DNA of 59,426 bases, counting the filler, from Sphacelaria rigidula (lineage: Eukaryota), in NCBI GenBank assembly GCA_964200075.2. It is 8 parts of 8 records of this genome, joined end to end, with 100 filler letters (N's around TTAATTAATTAA, not from the genome) between each part and the next. Parts side by side here need not be neighbours in the genome. Positions count along the whole stretch, not along the records: positions 44,647 to 51,986 come from CAXNAA020015357.1; positions 52,087 to 59,426 come from CAXNAA020015358.1; 6 more parts are not named here. One strand, written 5' to 3'. Positions 49,664-59,426 of the stretch are shown one piece after another. The notes beneath the pieces were generated by a model, which ran no database searches, was not told the DNA's origin, and saw nothing but the letters and a program-made list of their open reading frames with translations. The position numbers were made by a program, and so were the translations under genes. Position 1 is the first letter of the stretch. The number at the start of each line of letters is the position of its first letter.

Positions 49664-50877
49664 ATGTCGACTACCGAGGTACCGGCAATAGAGCCAGCAG
49701 AGGCGACTGTAACCCCAGCCGTTCTGAGGGAAGAGTTGCGGCCGCCCAGTTACGGGAGTTTGTATTCTGAGGGTGCTCCTCGTTCGCTCTACACGAAATA
49801 CGTGGAATACAAGAAGAGGGTGGAGCATGCGAATGCGGGGGGTGCGGTAAAGCATCAGGTGGTTTCTATGGCGCAACTCGTGCCTACCCCCCTCCGACGC
49901 GTCTTCGCGAGAAAATTGCATGAAAAGCATACCATAACGCCGCTGAAGTTGCCCGCAGCGATGAAGAAGCTCGCAGAGCATGCGGCAGGCGCGGAGGTAG
50001 AGTTACACAGGCGTTCGCGGCCGTGGCAAGGGCTGTCGCAATGAACCACAAGGGGAGGACCATGCGTGAGAGGGTGGAATCCATAATGGGTAAGTTGGAG
50101 ACGTATTTTTCGGAAAATCCCAACGTCGCGATGGTTTGTCGTTCCTCCGATGGGAAATTCCGCCCAGGGCCCGCTGCGGTGGTCACGAAAGCGATGGCGG
50201 AGGGTCTGGCACCGGCGGAATTTAAGCAGGCCGTGCTTGTGCAGTTACAGCACGAAACAAACTGGAAGTCAGACCCGTATTTAGTCATGGATACCGTGGT
50301 GGCTGAAGCTCAGGCATGGCGGCGGGTCGAAGTATTCGGAAAATCATCCACTTCGTCGCCGCAGTTTTCGAGCTCGCGTAACCAAGGATCAAAATCCGCA
50401 GGCAGTGCCGCGTCCAATACTACTTGCTACCAGTGTGGCCAGGGAGGCCACATCGCACGGAAGTGCCCAACGCCTACTGAGGAGGAGTCTGGGCAGACGA
50501 GTGCCGCGCGCCCTTGCAATCACAAAGGAGGGGAAGGTAATCGGGGTGGTGGCGGAGGCGGATCCTCCAGCGGTGGGGATGTACAGTCGAGTTCCCAACA
50601 GCAGCAGCAGCAGCAGGGGCAGTGGCGTCAGCAAGGGTCCGGTTCTGGGTCCGGCTCAGCCGCAGGGGCTGCTGCTTCACAACGGGCGGTGCAGGTGGGA
50701 CCGACCTCTGTAGTGTCGGGCTCGGTGCCGGCGCCGCCGGCAGCAGAGCAAGGCGAGACGCCTGCCGCGGAGCCGGCCGGTTTCCAGCTGAAATTTGGAT
50801 CCACTGCTGTTCCGGCCGGGATACCGCTGCATTTGGTTCTGCAGGCGGGGCTTCGTACCCGCCGGCGGTGCCGGTGA
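49664..50877 (+). pseudogene. gag: gag (frameshifted)
   Basis: ORFs 49526-50044 and 50023-50877 join across a frameshift; CCHC knuckle present. Confidence 0.8.
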
Positions 50878-51000
50878 CCCCAGCGGGGGCGTCTCTGCCT
50901 GCGCCGCGCGCGCAGCCGTGGCGCCAAGTGGGGATCACGACCCATCAGCCGGCGGAGCAGGTGCCGGTAGAGGACCAAGACAATTAAATCCCTGCAGAGT

Positions 51001-51986
51001 TATATCTCCCCGGCCAACGCGCTGTTGGATTCAGGTTCCCACTTCATGGGCGTGTCTGTGCTAATTGTGGAGATGCTTGAGTGTCTACTCCTCGGTGAGA
51101 AAATCCGAATTCCCTTCTCGCTCGGGGCGCGGCAGGCCATCACCGCGTCGGGGCAACGTATAAATGTCACGGAGCGTACGATTCCCCTACAGTTATTGGC
51201 GTGCAGGACGACCTGGGGGCCAGCGACATTACCCCCGATATCGCTTGCGATCATGCCGGGGACGGATGGTGTCGTTCTGTTGAGCTTACCGGCGCTTAGG
51301 GGACTCGGAGTCGATCCGTTTGATCGGCTGTTAGATTTCCTAAAAACGCAAATGCCGTCGCCCGGTTCGAATATCGAGACGCCTGCTTTTTTGGCTAGTC
51401 GCAGAGTGAGCTTGTCGGTTGATGCTCTCCAAGAGGTGGGGGGGCACGTGTCCGAGGAGCGTGACGAGGCGGTAGAACGCTTGGTGGAGCGCGGCCCCGA
51501 TATGATTATAGAGCCGGAGGAAGAAGAGGCCGCACGCAAGGCTGCGCTTGAGGAAAGCGTGACGGATGCGGTGGAAAATGGCCTCGGAGTCTCAAAACCG
51601 GAGCGCTTGCGTGGTATACTGTATCGCCACGTTGACGCGTTTCGTCGTGCGCTGAGGGGTGATCCCCCTGCGCGCGTGGAACCCATGACGGTTAAACTGA
51701 AGCCAGGGGCGGCCGCGGTGAAGGCAAAACCGAGGAGGTATGATCCGGTAAAGTCCAGTTGGCTAGCTTCTTGCATGGGAGCTCTTGTGGCGTTTGGGTT
51801 GGTGTTCAGGAATCTACAGGGGGTGTGGTCCAGTCCAGCGATGGCGGTGCCGAAGAAGGACTCTTTCCGTCTTGTTAGTGATTACGGAGCCGTCAATGAT
51901 CAGGTGGAGAAGTCGCCGGGTGTCATGCCCAATCAGGAATCCGACATGATAGACTTGCTGAGTGCGCGATGTTTCGGTAAGTTGGA
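51001..51986 (+). CDS. pol: pol fragment: aspartic protease and RT N-terminus (partial)
   Basis: Open frame running to the contig end, with a DSG catalytic motif and RT motifs. Confidence 0.8.
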
Positions 51987-52086
51987 NNNNNNNNNNNNNN
52001 NNNNNNNNNNNNNNNNNNNNNNNNNNNNNNTTAATTAATTAANNNNNNNNNNNNNNNNNNNNNNNNNNNNNNNNNNNNNNNNNNNN
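51987..52086. other. Artificial contig spacer
   Basis: N44-TTAATTAATTAA-N44. Confidence 0.99.
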
Positions 52087-53059
52087 TGGCCACGGGCAGG
52101 GAGGCTAATCGATTTTGCCCGCACCAATTTCCCCGCAAGTGTATGATGGTTGATTGTACCCTGAATGTGACGGTCAAACAGGGGTACTATGGTCACGGGT
52201 AATTGTCGGGTATGTCGGTGTTTTGTTTCACACGAGGGCATGATGAAACCGATAAGTTGGAAGGATGTCAAACCATGAAGGAGTGTGGCTATGATTCGAC
52301 GTATGAGGAACCGGCTGTATGGTGGATTACCAACCCGAGATGTGGACTGTGGATCAGGCCGAGATGTGGGGCTGTGGATCAACTGGAGTGTGATCTATCA
52401 TGTGTTTGAGGTACGTTGGCTAATTGCATTTTCGCTTATGGGAAATTATGTTCGGTGGGCTTGATGAGGTTGATACGCAACCCACTCCACCTTACTCCAC
52501 CTCACTCCACCTTGCTCCCCCCGACTTCAGCTTCTTGCTCCACTTTTCTACTCCTGCTTGCACCGTCGTCTTACGGGTTTCAGCAGTTAGTTAGTGAGTT
52601 TGTTGTGTTGAGCTTTGTGTATTGATTTCCAGGGTGATTGAGCACATTATTTGGTGTCGAGCATTTTTGTGTATTGGTTTTCTGGTGTTGAGCCTTCAGC
52701 GCTGAGATGACATATAATAAAAACAATTGTGTGTATCTTCCAACCAGTTTGTTTTTGTATACGGACCTGCTTTGCTGGCCGTGACCAGCTGCACAGCAGA
52801 GTTTGTATCGTGACACCCCAGCCACGAGGCACGAAAGTGCCCCTCTTCGACTTACCATGTAGCCCCCGCCCTCTCACTATCGCCAACAGCAGCAGCAGTA
52901 TCACCCATACTCGCTGCAGCCGCCACCTTTTTCTCAACGCACTCCTGAACTGCAACAGCGGCAGCTGAGCGGCCTGCAGTCTGCTCGAGCGGCGTGACAT
53001 ATTCGCCCTCTCCAGCAGAAATACCAGCAGCATCTAAACGAATTCTTACCGTGGTACTT

Positions 53060-53480
53060 TCGGCGGGCGCGTACTCATGCCTCCCCGCTTTGATAGACAC
53101 GTGTTGTGTCTCCTTCCCGCTCTGCACAGTGGAAACAGCTGCCCTGTATCGTGGGTTAAGACGTGCCCTACCGACTGCACGTTCAGCGGTTGCACTATCA
53201 CACCTAACCCCTCGGGCACACACATGTTTCTCAGCTTTCACAGTGTAAGCATCTGCCCTGTATCGTGGTTTCAAACGCGCAGCACCTACTGCACATTCGG
53301 CGGGTGCACTGTCGTGCCTGTCCCCTCGGGCAGACACATGTTTCTCGGCTATCACAGGGCAAGCAGCTGCCCTGTATCGTTGTTTCAAATGCGCAGCACC
53401 TACTGCACGTTCGGCGGGTGCACTGTCGTGCCTGTCCCCTCGGGCAGACACATGTTTCTCGGCTGTCACAGGGCAAGCAG
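53060..53480 (-). repeat. About 3.5 x 114-bp tandem repeat inside an unidentified ORF (52852-53661)
   Basis: ctgccctgtatcgt recurs near 53139, 53253 and 53367. It translates as ACPVTAEKHVSARGDRHDSAPAERAVGAAHLKQRYRA. Confidence 0.8.
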
Positions 53481-54411
53481 CTCCACCAGACAGCGCATGC
53501 TTGCGCAAAGCGAAAAGTAACTGCTCGTCCTCAACATCATAATCATGTTTCAAGAACGTGTCACACAGACATATCACAATATGTTTCGGCATGAGCTCAG
53601 AAACTACTGCCACCTCAAAGAGGTTTGTCCACCGCGCGTTCACCTGTTTTACATCTCGCAAATATTGCTCGTATTTGCGTAAACCTCGGCCGATTTCTCG
53701 CTCGAAAACTTGCGGCCGTAGTATACGGCATCTCCAGCGCCATTACAGGAACAACACGACCATCGACGATGGCATATTCCTGCGCCTCGTACATTTCAGT
53801 CAGCAGTACAGTACTCCACACGCCTTTTTGAAAAACGAAGTCGCCTCCCACTCACAAGAACAACAACTCTCTCCTTATACCGAGACGCGCTGTACCACCT
53901 TACAAAGACAATGGCCACAGCGCCTCTTCCTCACGCAGGTCTCACCACGTATTTGAAGTCCTTAGACTCCTCTTCCTGGCCGTACCTGGCCAAGCGTGGA
54001 ACAAGCAACTCTCGCTGGCCCCACCAGGCAGTAATTTCGCCGCTTTTCTGGAACGTGCACGGGCTCGCCAGCTGTCGGTCAACCCCCCGCACCTCTCCCA
54101 CGAGCGATACCACAGCCCACCCTAGCATTGCCTTAGAACCTCCTCGGCTCTACTTCTCCAACTCCTCGCGACGTTAACACGCCTTGAGCTGGTCTTGTTT
54201 GCTGCAGACTGATCAGGCCTGCAGGCTTTCCTATCTTGAAATGTCAGCTGTTTTTCAGCGGAACTACCGCCTCAGCGGACTCAATGAACGTTCATTATAG
54301 ACTTCTGTCACTCAAGATCAGAGTGCCACGTGGACTCTTCCATCACGGGCACATGTACTTCAGCAGCTTTAGTTATTGATGTATTAACCCTCAGCATAGT
54401 AGAGGAGAACA

Positions 54412-55966
54412 GGGCCTGTGGCAGGTTAAGGGCATCGCCTGGTTAAGGGAATTTTCCCGGTTAAGGGCATCCGGTCCGGGTTATGAGCATCCGCCCCTGG
54501 TTACGGGCGTCCGCCCCTGACTATGGGCAACCGCCCCTGGTGAGGGGCATCCGCCCCTGGATACGGGCGTCCGCCCCTGACTACGGGCAACCGGTCCGTG
54601 TTACGGGCAACCACCCCTGGATACGGGCATCCGGTCACCAAGTTATCGGCGTACGATTATGGGCGTACAATACAGGTGTGTCCCGGGTATGGGCGCTCGA
54701 TACAGGTGTGTCCGGGTTATGACCGTTCGATGCAGGCGTATCGTGGTTATGGGCGTACGAAACAGTTGTGTCCGGGTTATGGGCGTACGATAAAGGTGTG
54801 TCCGGGTTTTGGGCGTACGAAACAGGTGTGTCCGGGTTATGGGCGTACGAAACAGGTGTGTCCGGGTTATGGGCGTACGATACAGGTGTGTCCTGGTTAT
54901 GGGCGTACGATACGGGTGTGTTCTGGTTATGGGCGTACGATACAGGTGTATCCTGGTTATGGGCGTACACCTGTATCGTACGCCCATAACTAGGACACAC
55001 CTGTATCGTGCGCCCATAACGAGGACACACCTGTATCGTACGCTCATAACGAGGACACACCTGTTTCGTGCGCCCATAACGAGGACACACCTGTTTCGTG
55101 CGCCCATAACGAGGACACACCTGTATCGTACGCCCATAACCGGGATACACCTGTATCGTACGCCCATAACCAGGATACACCTGTTTCGTACGCCCATAAC
55201 CAGGACACACCTGTATCGTACGCCCATAACCAGGATACACCTGTATCGTACGCCCATAACCAGGAGACACCTGTTTCGTACGCTCATAACCAGGGGACCT
55301 CTATCGTACGCCCATAACCGGGATACATTTGTATCGAACGCCCATAACCGGGATACACCTGTATCGTACGCCCATAACCAGGACACACCTGTATCGTACG
55401 CCCATAACCAGGATACACCTGTATCGTACGCTCATAACCAAGATACACGTGCATCGTACGCCCATAACCAGGATACACGTGTATCGTACGCCCATAACCA
55501 GGATACACGTGTATCGTACGCCCATAACCAGGACACACCTGTATCGTACGCCCATAACCAGGAGACACCTGTTTTGTACGCCCATAACCAGGACACACCT
55601 GTATCGTACGCCCATAACCAGGACACACCTGTATCGTGCGCGCATATCGTGCTGACACCTTGTGCGCTCCTGCAGGGGTGATTGCTTACAAACAAGGGTG
55701 GTTGCCCGTACACGGGGGCCTTGCCGGTTGCCCTTGGTCAGGGCCGGACGCCCGTTACCAGGGGCGGATGCCCCTCACCAGGGGCGGTTGCCCATAGTCA
55801 GGGGCGGACGCCCATAATCAGGGGTGGATGCCCCCTACCTGGACCGGATGCCCATAGTCAGGGGCGGACGCCCGTGACCAGGGGCGGATGCCCATAACCC
55901 GGACCAGATGCCCTTAACCGGAAAAATGCCCTTAACTAGGCGATGCCCTTAACCTGCCACAGGACC
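54412..55966. mobile_element. Foldback-type element: long TIRs enclosing inverted arrays of a 30-bp repeat
   Basis: Ends gggcctgtggcaggttaagggcatcgcc / ggcgatgcccttaacctgccacaggacc. About 10 units of ggttatgggcgtacgatacaggtgtgtcc, then a strand switch at ~54967 and about 22 reverse units. Confidence 0.85.
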
Positions 55967-56329
55967 ATAACCTCTCCCCACCAGAGTAGCAAAACCAAGC
56001 GTACTCGTCATGGAGGTCACCATCACAGAGTCCGGCAATCAGACCCGCAACTCCACCTAAAATGTCCCTGACCTTAGGTAACAATGATGGCTAGAGTCTA
56101 CAGGTCATGGCAAGATACGAGGAGGACGAGCGTCAAAGACGGGACGAAGAGCAAGCAAAGGCCGATCGTGCCACCGCACGGCTAGCCAAGAAGGCAGCAC
56201 GGGAGGCTGCCGCTGCCGCTGCAGGCCATGGTGAAGGACGGGGCATGGGTCGTGGTGAAGCTCCGGTTAGTGGTCAAGGAGGAAGCCGTGATGGGTATGG
56301 GATGGGTGGGCATGGAGTGTCTCCGAAAG

Positions 56330-56630
56330 GGGGTGGGCGTGAGGTACCTGCGAGGGGTGGGCGTGGGATGCCTACGGCACGGGGTGGTCGTGAGGTGCCT
56401 GCAGGAAAGGTGAAACGTGGTTTGCCTGCGAGAGGGGGGCGTGAGAGCCCTGCAAGAGGAGGTGGGCGTGGAATGCCTACGAAAGGAGGTGGGCGTAGGA
56501 TGCCTGCGAGAGGAGGCGGGCATGGGGTGCCTGCTACAGAGGGGGGGCGCGTGGTGCCGGCAGGAGAAGGTGGGCGTAGGGTACCTGCAGGAGAAGGTGG
56601 GTGTGGGGTGTCTGCGAGAGGGCGTGAAAG
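56330..56630 (+). repeat. 27-30-bp G-rich minisatellite inside a Gly/Arg-rich ORF (56107-56670)
   Basis: Repeated ggtgggcgtg.g.tgcctgc.agagg, translating as GGR(E/G)(V/M)PAR. Confidence 0.7.
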
Positions 56631-56735
56631 TGACCTATCAGGACGTGGAAGGGTTGCGCCGACTACATAAGTTAGCCGCGGTGCAGTTGCTACAGGAGGT
56701 GGACGTGGACGCGGTACGTCCACGACAGTAGGTAC

Positions 56736-59426
56736 TGTTCGAGTGATTCAGATACCCAGTAATGCTGGATCTACGTAGAAACCGGGGTCGGGGTGACGTA
56801 CGAGTACCGACAGTCAAGTGTGTGCAACTGTGGTACAGTACGGCTGAGAGCAGCGGAGCAGTCCGCCTACCTTGATCATTCTCATTAACCTACTCACCAT
56901 CTCATCAGCACTCTCCCAAGTTATAGTAGAACTTGGGTGCTCTTCAATAGAAGAAACTGAAACCATTACCCTGTGCCTGAGCCAAGTGATACACTAGTGA
57001 TCAATCGATTGGGCAAGTATGGCTAGGAACGATGGTAATGCTCCGTCTTCAGAAGAAAGATTAGACGGGCTCACGAGTCAGCTTGAAAGTATGATGAGTC
57101 TATTCAGTGGTCAGTTTAACACACTGACAGAGATGGTAAAAGATGTACAATCTACACATACTGTAATACAGGGTAGGGTAGATGGCATCGAAGATCGAGA
57201 ATCCGGAGGCGCGAGGTGGAGCGGCGTCGTCGAAAGCGAAGAAAATCAAGCAACACAACAACACCGGGCTGACAGCGCAGCCAACCAAAGCACACCTCAA
57301 GGCCGAAGACATAGCCGAGAGGGCGGGCGGGGAGCTCCGAGCGGGAGCGACCACAGGACAGCGAGCGACGGAGCAAGGGGTGTAGACCCCGCAAGTGAGT
57401 CCGTCGCAATGTTCGATCACGACCGACAAGGTGTCCAAAGTATTTCTGGGTTCCCGGTTTTCAAGGCAACTGTACCCAAGTTCTCTGGAAAGGGTTCAGA
57501 GTTCAACCACTACAGTCACGAACTAATCATGTTTACTAGGAGCGAAGCAGTTGATTGGGTGTTCACCATGCCAGAAAATAGTGCATACGGTGTGGAGGTG
57601 GGAAACAAGGCGTTATCCCTAAGTTATCTTAAAGCAAGGCACGGAAAGGGCACTGTAGCTGCAAACGTGAGAGCGAGGCAAATGTTGGTGGCAAGTCTCG
57701 AACATAAGCGGGACCGGGATGTTTTGTTCCGAATTCCGTCTCCAGCAGCTGTGTGGCGCAAGTTAAATGATTTCTACAGCCCCAAGACCAACGGAGCTAG
57801 ATTAGCTCTTCTAGAAAAGTATGATCACGTGAAGATTGGAGTTCGCGATGATCCTGTTCGAAAACTAATCGAGACGGAAGAGGTGGCGAGAGAGTTACAA
57901 TCACACGACACCAACATCATCCTGACGGAGGCGCAAACCCTCCTCGAATTTGTCAATGCGCTTCCTTGCGAGTATAACTACCAAAAGCAGGCGTTAAAGG
58001 AGCGCGAAGGTCCACTCACGAGGGAAGTCGTAGTGACGTCGGTTCGAAAACGTTTCGAATCGGCACTTTTCAAGCAGGAACTCGCCAAGGGGAAGATGGC
58101 TTCCTCGGGCGACCAGGCCCTTGTAATCTAGGGCCATCCCGGGAAACCTAACGGTTCACACCGGATAGGTAAGCCGGGAAAGACCCCAAACCCGGGTTGC
58201 GCAGGTGACGGGAGGCAGGGCAAGGACAACCAGTCGCCGGCTTCATCGTCAACGAGCCCGTCGGGGGCTGCGACGCCGTTTAGGTGCCACGTTTGTCAGA
58301 AGATGATCACACATCGAGCGAGAGATCGGCCAGACAGGCGTTGTGTTAAGTGCGGGGAGAGAGGACATAGTTTGATTGACTGTCAAAGCACTGTGGAGGA
58401 CGCGGCGGCTGTGGAGGACGCGGAGATTGTGATGGGCGTGGCGAGAGACGTGGTGGACGACGACTCCGTCTGTTCGGATGCTGATGCAGAAGCGTTAACC
58501 AGCCCCGACATGACGGTGGACGAGGTCAACACAGGCGAGTATGCGTTTGCAACTGGGGAGGGGAATGTAGAACAGTCAGATGGGGGCGACCCGTGAGTAC
58601 TTGACACGGGGGCCACTGCGCATTTTTCTCCTGATTCAAGTAACAGGACGGACTATAGAAAATGCAGTGGAAGGGTACTACGGTGTGCGGGCGGTGGTAC
58701 CTACCCGATCGTGGGAAGAGGAAACTTGGCTCTATCTTTAGGATCTGACGGACGCGATAAAGCCTTGCATTCGAAAAATGTAGACCACGCAACTTGTGTC
58801 CGTCCCCATCTGTTGTCACTGACCAGGATGTCCAACGCGGGTCACACCTACATTGGGTCTAGTGATGGTTCCCGGGTTGAGTTGAAGTAAGGCAATACGC
58901 TGAAGATCCCCGTTCAACACAGACAACTATTATTAATGTACACCCACTGCATTTCTCCGAATGGTCATGACAAGCATGCGTCAGCATGCGCTGTGATTGC
59001 CCTGGGGAAACTTCCCAACCCCCAAGTTAAAGACATAAATGATTTCCATTGCAAACACGCGCATGTTCACGAGGACCTGCTCCGGCGGACTGCAAAACAG
59101 CTCGGAGTGGAGCTGCGCGGCGAGTTGAGACCGTGCCGAGGATGCTCGGAAGGAAGGGGACTTCGGCAGCCCATCCCAAGATCGACCCATACACGAGCAC
59201 AAGCGATCTCGACGCCCGACGGAGCGAGGGATGCCAAGCTCGAGGGAGGGACGGCCGGCAGCGAGTCCGCGGAACGGCAAACTCCGGCGGCGCGTGCTTC
59301 ACCCCGCGGTTCACGGCACGTGTCGTTCTTGCTCCCCAACCGAGAGCTGGACGCAGAAGCGGCACAACAGACCCCCACTATTGGCGGGGGGATGAGATGA
59401 CCTCGCCGCTTCCTTGCAGAAGCAGG
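56736..59426 (+). mobile_element. Decayed Ty1/copia LTR retrotransposon, cut by the window end
   Basis: Putative LTR TGTT..CCCA (56736-56918), gag, two knuckles (CHVC.., CVKCGERGHSLIDC), protease (W>stop)VLDTGATAH, GAG-pre-integrase HCKHAHVHEDLL..CRGC. Protease followed directly by integrase is copia order. Confidence 0.88.
57019..58131 (+). pseudogene. gag: copia gag (UBN2-like), prematurely stopped
   Basis: 370-aa ORF with PKFSGK, AAVWRKL and FVNALPCEY motifs. The reading frame resumes after the TAG into the zinc knuckles. Confidence 0.75.

Larger units (their letters stand above)
49078..51986 (+). mobile_element. Gypsy element (copy 3): 5' LTR, gag, protease, RT start; cut by the contig end
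   Basis: LTR, gag with CYQCGQGGHIARKC, protease LLDSGSH, RT WSSPAMAVPKKDSFRLVSDY. Frameshifts near 50005 and 50800-51000. Confidence 0.92.

Noticed and set aside
54483-55897. Repetitive ORFs such as (QVCPGYGRT)n and (YRTPITRTHL)n, and a CRISPR-like look
   Set aside because: They are translations of a 30-bp minisatellite, open on both strands. There are no unique spacers or cas genes.

Overview
This is eukaryotic, repeat-rich DNA, most likely from a brown alga (Phaeophyceae). That is inferred from an EsV-1-7 repeat gene, GC-rich exons separated by long GT-AG introns, and TTAGGG repeats. The window is not one locus. It is eight contigs of 7341 or 7340 bp joined by identical 100-bp spacers (N44-TTAATTAATTAA-N44), so nothing should be linked across a spacer. 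Host genes: (i) a 985-aa uninterrupted ORF with 21 tandem 38-aa C-x4-C-x16-C-x2-H EsV-1-7-type repeats and a distinct C-terminal tail; (ii) four internal exons of a DHX37/Dhr1 DEAH-box helicase; (iii) four internal exons of a divergent class-I fructose-1,6-bisphosphatase-like gene. Mobile DNA: three decayed copies and an extra LTR of one chromodomain-bearing Ty3/gypsy family, a decayed Ty1/copia element, several MITEs (TA, TCA and 8-bp target duplications), tRNA-derived SINE-like sequences, a 1.55-kb foldback element and an array of tRNA-like, TIR-bounded units in mixed orientation. The best candidates for something new are the variable-residue EsV-1-7 repeat array, the palindrome-jointed tRNA-like array and the altered-active-site FBPase. 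All calls were made by eye, with no database searches.
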